Below, in pieces: positions 38,667 through 50,700 of a stretch of 64,000 nucleotides of DNA. Numbering within the stretch: position 1 is the stretch's first letter; each line of letters begins with the position of its first letter. A program made the translations under genes and the position numbers. Origin of the DNA: Antedon mediterranea (taxonomy: Eukaryota > Animalia > Echinodermata); the NCBI RefSeq assembly GCF_964355755.1, contig NC_092670.1, forward strand, positions 33,840,388 through 33,904,387, read 5' to 3'. The notes under the pieces were generated by a model that saw only the letters and a list, made by a program, of their open reading frames with translations, was not told where the DNA came from and did no database searches.

Positions 38667-39679
38667 AACGGTGACAACGAAATAATAAATATACATACAA
38701 AGCAGACAACGTTGCAATCATCACATCAGGAAAGCCAAACAATACCAGTAGAAGTAAACACGCGAAACACCGACATAAAAAAAAGAACAATACATTACCA
38801 ATCAACAACAACTCATTGACAATCGAAACGTCCTAACAGCAGCATACAACATCATCATAAAACCACGCCAACATCAACAGAATTAAACAAAACCACACCG
38901 GCAACACAACATCGAAATCAGAGTCTTACGAAACGAAGAAGATTTAATTAAACATCGCCAACAACATCACATCAAAGCCGAAAAGAGCACAGCAGTAGGA
39001 GATCATCGAAAATGGTATTCAACACCAATGGCACTACCTGCACAACGTCGATCACAACAAACTACAAATAACTCCAACAATTATTTTCATTACTAGTAAT
39101 ATCAATATAATTTATTAGTTTTCGTATTATTATATAAAATCAGAAGGGTGAAAATAAATTGTAATTTAAATATATCAACAATGTCGATGTTTTATTTCAA
39201 TGTCACTGTACTTAATATGTGTAATACAAACTATTTGGTAAAGCAAAACGTATATCAATGAGCAGAAGAAAGTTTAATCTATCTTTGCTGAAATTACGTT
39301 TTCCTAGATAATACGTGTATGCAGTAATGTGGTTTACACTGCTGCTACAATGTAGACCTACTGTATGTGGAAAAACTGCTTCAGCTTCATAACTATTTTT
39401 CAAAAACATTTAGTATAACAGGGTACTGTACTAACGTTACGCAACTATAGTATCAGTATTGTAGTAGGTACAAAAATGTGTTGTGATGTGTTTTATAGCA
39501 AGATATTTTTTTTATTTCATCCAACAGCGAGCACAAACTCGCAAATTACAGGATGGATAAACCATTTTCATAATTTACCGTGCTTATAAACTAAGTCTCA
39601 TTTGAGGGTTAGGGAGTGGAGTTGAAAGAGTCATGAGTTACAACCCTGGCTAGGTCAAGATTGAACCTCGACAATAGGT

Positions 39680-39745
39680 CAGGACTGAACCCCGGACCTT
39701 GGGATTGGAAGGCAAGCACATTAACCACCACGCTACAGCTCCACT
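39680..39745 (-). mobile_element. tRNA-derived SINE head; related copies at 48106-48175 (+) and 62300-62352 (-)
   Basis: Minus strand GTGGAGCTGTAGCGTGGTGGTTAATGTGCTTGCCTTCCAATCCCAAGGTCCGGGGTTCAGTCCTG has A-box-like and B-box-like motifs. The three copies are diverged and lack a clean acceptor stem. Confidence 0.6.
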
Positions 39746-39829
39746 ACAAAGTAAAGTTCTCTGAAAGTTTATTGTCTGGTCAAAATGGTGACTCACAATG
39801 ACATTCATATTGTTTGTACAGTATCAGCA

Positions 39830-41145
39830 ACATGCCTTTTCCAATGGCAGTACTATGGTCAATGTGTTGATTTCCAATTAGGCTGCCGTAGTACTGTATG
39901 GTAAAAATGCTAATTTCAATCTGCAGTAAGCAGTACCTGGTCAAAATGCTGATGTCCAATCAAGAAGTCTTAGTACAGGTTAACAAGAATTCAATAAATT
40001 ATAGTGGTTAACAATTTAAATTTTTAATCAGTGTCATACAGGTAGGAAGTTACTAAAAATACAGTGGACTGGTTTCCAACAACACTTTACCATGTAGAGT
40101 AAAAAGTGGCCAATTCCAAATTTATGATGATGAAGGACAATACTTATGGTAAAAATGCTAATTTCCAATGACACTTTTGCAGTTTGTATTCCAAATGACA
40201 GTGTTGTAGTATGATAAAAATTCGACAACAGTACCTTAGTACGGTAATGATAGTCAAAATGCTGCTTCCAACAACAGGCCTACTGTAAGACTGGATGGTT
40301 AAAATGCCGATTTCCAAAGACAGTACCATATACTGTTTAGTTGAAATTCCAGTAACCAACAACAGTACCGTAGTACTGTATGGTTGAAATTCCGGTTTCC
40401 AACAACAGTACAATTAGTACTGTATGGTTGAAATTCCGGTTTCCAACAACAGTACACTTAGTACTGAATGGTTGAAATTCCCGTTTCCAACAACAGTACC
40501 ATAGTACTGTATGGTTGAAATTTCGGTTTCCAAAAACAGTACCGTACAGAAGTGTTATAAATGATTGCAATGCCGATTTCATATTAAAGTACTTAGTATC
40601 CATGGTCGAAATGCTGACCCAACAACAGTACTTCGGTAATGAATTCAAAATCTTTTTTCCAAAAACCAGTACCATACTGTATGGCTGAAATACAAGTTTC
40701 CAATAGTTAACAGTACCGTAGTACTGGTTAAAATGCTGATCTCCAAAAAAAGTACAGTATACTGTATGAAATGTGGGTTTCCAGCAACACTGTAATTGTT
40801 GAAATTCCGTTTTTCAGCAACAGTACTGTTTAGTTAGTTTGGTTGATTTCCAACAAAAAAACATCTTAGTAATTGTCGAAAAGCCAATAGCAATGACATG
40901 CGGTATGGTCGAAATGGCCGTCTCGTAGAATTGACAAAATCCCGAACGAATGACAGGCTTGTAGTGCAGTAAAAAAACCAATGACAGTATCGTAGTATTG
41001 TCAAAATGCCAAATTATAACAACGGTATCGTACAATGGTCAAAATGCCAAATTCCAACAACAATACGCGTAGTACTGTATGATCCAAATTTTGATTTCAA
41101 TCTACTATACTGTATGGCCGGAATAGCAATTTTCCAAGACACTGT
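39830..41145. repeat. Degenerate ~44-bp minisatellite downstream of POLR3K
   Basis: Unit approx. GTACTGTATGGTTGAAATTCCGGTTTCCAACAACAGTACCGTA, best conserved at 40330-40545 and decaying outward. Confidence 0.82.
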
Positions 41146-41329
41146 TTTTTAAAAACACAAATTAGAAAAGTATAATATTGCAGAATATTGCTAAACCATG
41201 ATTCTTCAAATCAGGCATGGTGAAAAACTTTCACAATACTGTAACACTTCCACAATGGTAGGTCCACAAAATTGCAACACTACCACAACTTGGTAATATC
41301 CACAATATGGTAAAATCCGAAAGGAAATT

Positions 41330-44300
41330 TCAATCTCTCCATCTATGTCCACATTCATTGCTGCAACATTTATAAAATGTCGTCATTGGTTCATCAGCTG
41401 ATCTTGTCTGAATTTGCATAAAAAAGGCACGAGGATGTTCACATTTTGGACATTTTTCTACAGTAAAGAAGAAAAATATAATAATTGTATTAAAATATGT
41501 TTTTCTTAAATTTAATTTAGTAAAAATCTACTTTACATTTATTCCTTCATTATAAGCTAAGCTCGACTCCTTTCAATTCAATTTCTTTTATTTCGGAAAT
41601 ATCATCCATGTTAATAAACTTATATAAACAGAAAAAGAAAAATCGTTAACTCTAAACTTAAGTATATAGAATGCTTCTCCATCTACAATACATTTTGAAG
41701 TGTTATGGAGCATCTTTGCAAACACAAGCAACAAGGATGTTACCACTATTCAACATACGTTGCATGAAACCATAGGTAGATTTCCGCATGTACAATACTT
41801 ATTAAAGGAAGAGACACTATGTTCAATAAACATTGCACTGGCACTACTACCTCTAAGAGACTTTAAGTATATGGCGCAGAGCATTATTGTATCATACATT
41901 AAGACTAAGAGATCAAATATTCTTCATACGATAGTTACACCAAAAGAAAGTTACAAAGGCCATTTCTAAAAATGGGACCTTATAATAAAGTTTCTCTTTT
42001 CGTAAATTCTTTCTCAAACAAAATTGATCTGTTTAGAATTAAATGAAGTAAAGTTTTTACTTCCCTTAATTTATAAAATGTAAAAAAAATAATTAAGTCA
42101 ATGTCGCTATAAAAAAAATTCATTTCTTATTTATCAATAGTATGGGAAACATTGTGAAGAGGCGATCTTTCAAAGCAGAATTATCGTAATTACTAACTGG
42201 CAATTTTTATTTGCAATAGAAATGTGTCATCGTTATTTAATACTGTAATAATTGATTTTATAGCAAGTGGCAAAATATCTTCACTTGCCAGTATCACTGT
42301 CTATGCTATTATTAAAATGGCACAACAAGAAACTATTTCTGTATAGTACAGTACTGCAGTAGCAATTAACAAGATTCATTTTACATTAATAATAATAATT
42401 ATCAAACACTAATTATATTACACTATTATTATAGCCTTTTATACCCTAACAATAATCATAACTCTATTGCTGCATACCGTAAAACCTCGAAAAGAAGCCC
42501 ATGGGCTTATTCTTTTTTTAGTGCTCTGGGGTGGGCTTCTTTTCGAGATGGGATTTTTTTCGAGATGGGCTTCTTTTCGAGATTACTTTTGCAAACTGTA
42601 GAGGGGGCTTCTTTTCGAAATGAATGCTGTAAATTTTGGGAATTTCTACTACAATAATATATGACTTTTGATACCTTTTTTCAACCATGAAATTATGTTT
42701 AATATACCAATTAAAAAACAATATAAAAAGCAAAAAAAAGTCCTATGATTCACCGTCAAATACAATCATTTCGTTATCATCGTTGTCATCATCCACAATG
42801 GAATATTCAAGAGTGTCGTCTGTTGATGATGGCATCTCATATACTTCTTTGTTTTCAGAACCATCAAGGGCTACATTTATCTCACACTTTCTGAACGACC
42901 GAATTTGCAGCGATGGATTTGTGTTCATCATGGACCAGGCATTGCCAACCCACTTTGTTATAAGAATTCACCTATCGCTTGCGCATATCTTACCCATCAC
43001 ATAATCATCAATTATTATTACAATACAAAGCAGACAAGAAAAAGATACAAGATGCGATCAAAGCACCATTTTGACGACAATAAACTGTAAAATAAATGTA
43101 TGATAAACGCGATCATACATATTAATTATTATCATCAGTCTGCATCACAAGTATCTGGCATTAAATTATCCTACTACTACAGTAACTCTTCATCGCGTGT
43201 TTGTATTGTTTATTTCTGTTCCTTTGACGTTCAGTTAATAAACCTATGTATTCTTAATATTATAGTAGTCTATCTCGAAAAGAAGCCCATACTATCTTGA
43301 AAAGAAGCCCAGGGGGCTTAATTTCGAGATGGGCTTCTTTTCGAGAGTACTTTTGCAAACTGTAGAGAGGGGCTTCTTTTCGAGATGGGCTTGCTTTTCT
43401 AAAATACTAGAACGCATTATCTATGACAGACTTTATCATTTCTTCTCTACCCATAACATTCTTCAAAACAACCAGTATGGCTTCCGCTTACAACACTCCA
43501 CTGATCTCGCACTTCTTGACATCCAAAATAAAATTTCTGTCGCACTATCAAATAAACATCACACCATTGGCCTATTCCTCGACCTATCCAAAGCTTTTGA
43601 CACTATTGACCATTCAATCCTCTTATCTAAACTTAACCACTATGGCATCCGTGGAATTTCTTTATCCCTAATTACTAACTACCTTCAAGACAGAATGCAA
43701 TTCACTTCTTTTAATTCTCACTCCTCTGACATCCTTCCTGTTAAATGTGGCGTTCCTCAAGGTTCTATTCTTGGTCCCCTTCTCTTCCTAATCTACATAA
43801 ATGATCTGATTTATGCCTCAAACTATTTCTCTTATGTTCTATTTGCAGATGACACTAATATCTTTCTCTCCAGCCCAGATCCTAACACTTTAATTCAAAC
43901 TTTCAACCGAGAAATCCGAAACGTTTCAAACTGGTTTAAAATCAACAAGCTTTCACTAAACATCAGCAAAACAAATTACATTCACTTTTCCGGAAATAAA
44001 AACAATAATGCTACAAATACAAATATCTATATCGATAATATACCCATCAAACCAGTCGACCACACCCATTTTCTTGGTGTAATTATTGATAATAAACTGA
44101 ACTGGAATCTCCATATTAATAACATATCAAACAAAATTTCAAGAACTATTGGCATACTAAATAAACTTAAATTCACTCTTCCGTCTAACATCCTTTTTTC
44201 TTTATATAATACTCTAATACTTCCACATCTCTCTTACTGCAACATTGCATGGGCAGCCACAAACTCAAAACATCGAACTCTCTGTCCATGGACCAGCACG

Positions 44301-45649
44301 GAAACAACCAAAATAGACAAACTTTTCAAACTCCAAAAAAAGGCCCTTCGCATTTGCACTCTCTCAAAATACCCTCCCACTCTAAACCTCTTTTTCACAC
44401 CCTAAATACCCTAAACATTTTTGACATTAATAAATTGCAAACTGCCCTCTTCATGTTTAGGTACTCAAATAACAAACTACCATCCACTTTCAACGGTTTC
44501 TTCAATAAAAATAACGAACTACACAAATATAACACTAGGAACGCAAACAACTACATTTCCAAAAACTATAGCAGTAAGCAAATACTTAACTCTATACTAC
44601 ATACCGGTCCCCTACTCTGGAACTCTCTTAATCCGTCAATAACTAATAGCAAAACAAATAATACTCTAAAAATAAACTACAAATCTTATCTAATATCAAA
44701 ATATAAAGTAAATTAATTATTTTGATCATATTAATAACTTATAATTAAATTTAATTAGGCAACTCATATAAATTCAGTTTGTCCTTCCTGTCGTCCTTGT
44801 CGTGTTTGTATCGTCGTACATGTCCGTCCCTGTCTGTCAGTAGCGTACCTTCACTTTGCTTATTATTATTATTTTTAACTTTTTTATTCTTTCTGGTGGA
44901 TCCAGGCTTAAAGCCCCATGGGGTTTAAATGGTATTCTCCAGGCATAATGCAACTATTTTTTACTTAATTTCCAACCACTTGTATCTTTTATATTTTGTA
45001 TATGTTTGCATTATGTGAATAAATTTGAACTTGAACTTGAACTTCTTTTCGAGGTTTAAGCCCATGGGCTTCTTTTCTAGGTTTTACGGTATGTCATGTT
45101 TAAGACGAAATAGAATTAAATGCATTAAATTATTCAGCTTCCATATATACCTGCTGTTGAGTCCACGTTTTCCCACGCTGAAGCTCCTCCCAGCACATCA
45201 TCTAGTTCTTTTAATTTTGGATAAACTTTACAAGAAACCTGAAGAAAAAAACGAAAATTGGACTAAGTATATTAGGCCTAGTGTGGTTATTGTGATTGTT
45301 TAAAATATTCAGCAATCAATTTTAACAGAATGTTTTCTTTTCAACGAGTGAGTTCTCTGAGCTGTACCATGTATGAGTCAGGTATTAGTCACAGACATTG
45401 GTATTCACCGGGCACCGCCGATAGTGATATACAAATCTAACTAATAGGCTAACTAAAGGTCTATGCGAGTAGGCTAGCAGTAGGCCTGGCTAACTAGATA
45501 AGATATCCTCTTTTTTATACTCTTTTTTTCTGTCTTACCTTTCTTGTAACATTTTGTATAAAAGGACATGTGTTACATGAAAACCGTAAGCATTGAGGAC
45601 CTTCTTCTACGACAAGTACATTGCCACAGGTAGGACAAAACCTAAACAT
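41330..45649 (-). CDS. POLR3K: DNA-directed RNA polymerase III subunit RPC10 (C11), 108 aa; complement(join(41330..41457,45151..45238,45539..45649))
   Basis: Not in the ORF track; translated by hand: [37 protein letters not shown]|[29 protein letters not shown]|[42 protein letters not shown]. Two zinc ribbons and the TFIIS-like QTRSADEP loop; GT-AG introns. Confidence 0.97.
42477..45089 (-). mobile_element. Internally deleted pogo-like (Tc1/mariner) DNA transposon in POLR3K intron 2, carrying a LINE insertion
   Basis: TA|CCGTAAAACCTCGAAAAGAAGCCCATGGGCT ... AGCCCATGGGCTTCTTTTCTAGGTTTTACGG|TA. A minus-strand relic WVGNAW...[17 protein letters not shown] plus acidic tail (42743-42955) matches pogo transposase C-termini. 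Confidence 0.8.
43392..45044 (+). mobile_element. 5'-truncated L2/CR1-type LINE (RT, one frameshift near 44370) with (TTGAAC)n tail
   Basis: [39 protein letters not shown]. The C-terminus continues in the 44249-44716 frame. AATAAA precedes (TTGAAC)x3 at 45025-45044. Confidence 0.9.
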
Positions 45650-45900
45650 TTTAATGTATGTCGGGATAAATCCACACAGCCTAGGCCCTAGATCTGCTTT
45701 CCTAGCGTACTGTCAGATTAGTTTGCCGCCGCGGGATTAACGTGTGTAGGTACAATTTTAAGCTGTATGTTTACACGTGTGTGCAATCATGCATGTCATT
45801 CGCCTTTATTATTGGTGGCGCTGTTTATCAACATGTTTCGGGTAAACAACAACAACCAACCAACTAACATTTACTAGGCCTAGGCCTAAGCCAGTCTAAA
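45650..45900. promoter_or_regulatory. Probable bidirectional promoter POLR3K/SNRNP25
   Basis: Lies directly upstream of the POLR3K ATG, is locally GC/CpG-richer, has an E2F-like TTTGCCGCC at ~45722 and a plus-strand donor G|GTAAAC at ~45842 for a non-coding SNRNP25 exon. Confidence 0.5.
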
Positions 45901-46069
45901 TTGTTCTAAATTTTATTTCATATTTTAGTAATGAAGGTCAGTATTTTAAATAGAAGTTGCATAGAGCTAAGGCTTAAGCCCAGCCTAGCTTAGCTCTAGG
46001 CCTAACGATTACAAACTATTTAGGCCTAGCCTTTGGCCCCCCAGCTATTTATATAGGCCTAGGAGGCCT

Positions 46070-47501
46070 GGATGCTAGTCAAGTCGCCCCATCGCAAAGT
46101 CGCCCCATACAAAGTCGCCCCATACACAGTCGCCCCATCGCAAAGTCGCCCCAAAACAAAGTCGCCCTGACACAGTCGCCCCATTGCAAAGTCGCCCCAT
46201 CGCAAAGTCGCCCCAACGCAAAGTCGCCCCATCGCAAAGTCGCCCCAACACAAAGTCGCCCCAACACAAAGTCGCCCCATCGCAAAGTCGCCCCAAAACG
46301 TTAAAAAATAGTTTAAAAGTGCGTAAAATGTCGCAATGATACACAAAATAACACGGAACGTGTAGGCATAAAAGGGGAAGCCCCGCCATGTAGTCTCAGG
46401 TCACATGATCGGCACGCTCCCAATCCTCAGAGAGGAAGCCCCCAACTAATCACTCCGCGGTCGCACTAAAGTGCTAGCTCTCACCAGAGAGGGAAACCCC
46501 CGTAATTACTCCGCCGTTGTCGCACTACAACGCACCATCTGAAGATGGGGAAACCCCGTCGGAGTTTTACGATGATATCAGTCGCGTTCATTCCCCTTTT
46601 TAAAAAACACGCACACGATAATCATACTGTACGATGGCTTTTCCATGGTCAAAATGTAGCGTTTTAATTTTACTAAAATACCTGCATGTGTAAAACGATC
46701 ATATCGGCGAAGAAATCCCCTTTATTTTATTTCTTCATTTTGAAAAGTCATAATTAAAATTAAATAACTATAGACACATAACTTGTCAATAAATGCAAAA
46801 TGATCAATAGGCCTAAGTAGCCTATATAACATTTATTGTCTTACAACGCTGTTATTGTTTTAACTACTGTAAATATACGAAGGCCTACTATTTATACACT
46901 TATTATATTATCCCTAAAAAATGAGCTGGTATCCACGAGTAGGTTGAAGAAAGATTCGTAATTGTGGCTCTGGTAACTAATTTTAAAATCATATTAAATT
47001 AACATTTTCGAAACTATAAATCAGAGATAATCTTTTCGAAATCTTTTTAGAACTTTCAAACAAGGGACTATTTTTTAATGATTTTTAAAAAGCACATCAC
47101 TCCATTAAAACCTGTAAAATAAAAATTAAAACACAAATTATGTATATAATAGGGTAAACATTATAATGTATACGACATTTAGCGCGACCAAAGTAACAAC
47201 GCAATCGATATCAAACGCAACCGCTATATGATTAAAACAGCGTACTACTAGCGGCGGCACTTCCGAAATAAAACCGTGGGCGACTTTGCGATGGGGCGAC
47301 TTTGCGTTGGGGCGACTTTGCGTTGGGGAGACTTTGCGTTGGGGAGACTTTGCGTTGGGGCGACTTTGCGATGGGGCGACTTTGTAATGGGGCGACTGTG
47401 CAGGGGCGACTTTGTTTTGGGGCGACTTTGCGATGGGGCGACTTTGTATTGGGCGACTTTGTATGGGGCGACTTTGCGATGGGGCGACTTGACTGGATCC
47501 C
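46070..47501. mobile_element. Non-autonomous TIR element (MULE/foldback-like) with arrays of ~18-bp subterminal repeats
   Basis: About 12 copies of AAAGTCGCCCCATCGC at the left end and the inverted array at the right end. GG...CC termini; 8-bp TSD GGAGGCCT (46062-46069, 47502-47509). Confidence 0.88.
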
Positions 47502-47773
47502 GGAGGCCTAAGCCAGTAGTAGCCTAGTAGGCCCTATAAAGGCTATAGTCTAGCCTCGCAGCAGTTAGTACATGGTGGTTAAGAAGTTACCTAAGGCTAG
47601 GCTAACTGAAAAACTTAAACCAATGAGTAGGCTAGGCCTATACCTACCTATTATTGGCTTATATTATATAGGACATTATGAATCATATTTAACATTTACT
47701 CACACACTGGCAGTTATACTTATTTATTAATATGTCATTTTTTTAATTCAATAAAATGTATCTAGTAAACAAG

Positions 47774-50700
47774 ATGAATCTAGATTCAAATGTCGGTACA
47801 CATGAGACAAGACTAGAAGAGGAGTCACAGAAAACAATCCATGATGACACATGTAAGTTAAAAGACGGAGAGGAAGAGGAAGTAGATCCATTTTCAAAAG
47901 AGGTATCGCATCAAGATGCTATGCGGCTGATCAAGGAAGGCATTGAAGAAGCTATCGGAGATGATCCTCTTCTCTGTGATCTGCCGATAGATGTAACACC
48001 AGAGGAAGTCGGTCTTCAGGTAGCCTTAGAGTACGGACAGGCTATGCTGTTAAATGTGTGTAGAGAAGATGGAGAAGTAATGCGTAAGTTTTCATAGCAA
48101 TTTGAGTGGAATTGTGGCTTGGTGGTTATGATGCATGGCTACCAATAAAAGGGTTCTGGGTTCAAGTCTTGTCAGAATTCACCACTCCCAAAGACTTGTA
48201 ATAAGACTGTTTATGTACAGCATCGTGTGTATATGTTTGTCTTGTGAACAGAATTGCCACCTTTAAAAAGGATAATGAATAAATTTGCTTATGGCTATCT
48301 TTGGCAATTTACCTAAATATATAAAAAACAACAACAGATATTGTGTATTATATAATGTAATAGGGAGGTTTCGCAATCTTACGAATACGATAACGAAAAC
48401 GGATACGTCACGCACACGTATTCGTTTTCGTAAGCCATAAAAATATCTGTTCGCATGGCAACGAAATATTGAGGCGCGTCCAAAATATGACTGCGGTAAA
48501 TTTGAGCGAAGTGCAGGTACGTGTTGCTTGGTGCTTGGCTGCCTATACCTAGCGTAACATCAAAGCGAGTGAGGACTGCTATTTATCAAAATTGACTTGG
48601 CATTTTAGTAAATTACTTTAGTAACCCAAATTAACAGTGAAAACAAAAATTGTCATCTCATGGGAGACTTCAATATTGATTTATTAAAATTCCATAACCA
48701 TAAATTAACAAACACCTACCTAAATACCTTAATTTCCCATTCTTTTTTTCCAACTATTTCAAAACCAACTAGGATTACCTCAACTTCGGCCACCTTGATT
48801 GATCATTTTTATTCCAAACAATCTAACTATAAAATAGTTGCTGGTGTTTTACTTAATGATATCTCCGACCACCTTCCTATATTTCAGTTCATTGATCAAG
48901 AAATTAATGATCAAAACCTTGATGATAATAGCGCCAACTATTCATTTCGTATAAACGACCTAAATGCCTTATCGATTGATTTAGAAGGTGAAGACTGGTC
49001 TATGATATTTGATTGTGACCCAAGATTGAGTTTTGATATATTTATTGAAAAATTTAAAAATATCCACTCCAGACACTTGGTTAAAAGTAGTATAAAATCA
49101 AATAAAACGTTTAAACAACCATGGATGTCATCTGCTCTCTTAAAATGTAGTTCTCGGAAACATAAACTTTATAACAAATATATGCACACACGTAGTAATA
49201 ATGACAAATTAAACTATACAAAATATAATAATATTTTCACTAATCTTTGTCGCACTACTAAAAAGAATTATTATACTTCCCAGTTTGATAGATATAAAGG
49301 TAATCTGAAGAACACATGGCTTGTAATAAATTCTGTTTTAAATAAAGGTAATAATAATAACAAGCACCCGAATCTAATTAAAGACGGTGATAATATTTAC
49401 AAAACTCAAAAAGAGATATGTGAATCGTTTAACAACTATTTTTCTACAATTGGTCCTAATCTTATTAATAGTATGCCAACTAATATAACTGATCCATTAT
49501 CTTATCTTCATTCTGCTTTTGCCAACTCATTTTATATTAGCCCAGTTTCAATTGATGATGTTAACCTAACTATATACAATCTAAATTCTAATAAAGGGTC
49601 TGGATCTGACGGTATTACTGCTCGTGTCTTAAAATCTGTATTTCCCTTAATCATCCACCAACTTACCCATTGGGTCATTCCATGTCAAATCACCCAATGG
49701 GTTAAACCCTACTTTCTTCAAATTTGCTCAAATTTGGTTTTTGGGTTATTTTTAGCTAAAAAACCTGAAACTTTTAATTTGAGCGCCATACGACCAACGG
49801 TTCGCGCGCTAAGCGCCGTCGTTTCTTTGCGATTTTGCGCAAAATCGACGCGGCGGGCTATACTTAAATGACCGTATCTTCATAACGTGTGGACCGATTT
49901 TGTTTTGACAGGTATCTTTGGAAAGCTAATTGTTAAAGCTATCCAAATCTTCTATTTACTTGTGAGATAGAACTATTTAAAAGATGTATAACTTATTCTA
50001 TTCCATTTGACCTAGGATTTGACCTTGTGGGACAAATTTTTTTTAGATGAAATTTTGTGAAAATTATCTCCTACATGATATTTACATAATATAAAAAAAT
50101 TGGAGATATATTATTTTTTGTTTGCTTTCTAGCTCATTTCAAAGTTGGCTTACTTCAACAATTCTGGTATTTCTATACAGTGTAGATGTATTGTCGACAT
50201 TATATCACTACCAAATTTACCTCTTAATACTATGGGTTTCACTGTCAGATTATTTAAAACTATAACAGTGCTTTAATTATATTTTCATGCTCCATACAAA
50301 ATAATTATTACTTAGGTAAACATCTGTACACCATTTGACTACCCCATTTGGTTAGCCAAGGATGTACCATCAGTTTATGGCACTCTTTTCACACTTTCAA
50401 GCAAATTGAATCTTGGATTTTTTTTGTTTGATGATATAAACTTTGAAACATTGATTGTTCTTTGCTCTTAATCATTATTTTACATTTTTGTTCATTGTAT
50501 TTTGTTCACTTATTTCTTCACTCATAATTAGGCTATAATTACGTTATAAACGGCATGGACCGGGGTGACGATACGTGGGTTGGGGCAAGTAGGGTCCAGT
50601 CATTTCAAGTAAAAATACCACTTGCCCCGGTCCATGCCGTCTAGCTGCCATTTTATGCAATTTTAAAACGTTACTACAATTTTAACATTTTTATAAAAAA

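Noticed and set aside
38680-39080. A/C-rich, coding-looking stretch after the 351-aa ORF
   Set aside because: No sustained open frame or clear splice acceptor was found; treated as probable 3' UTR.
39680-39745. tRNA gene
   Set aside because: A/B-box-like motifs are present, but there is no convincing cloverleaf or acceptor stem and there are three diverged copies, so a SINE head fits better.
43329-43391. N-terminus [10 protein letters not shown]... of the RT ORF
   Set aside because: Derived from the pogo-element subterminal repeat upstream of the LINE truncation point.
46059-47527. WGDF/GRLC/GATL repeat ORFs on both strands
   Set aside because: They are translations of the 18-bp subterminal repeats of a TIR element, open in several frames at once.
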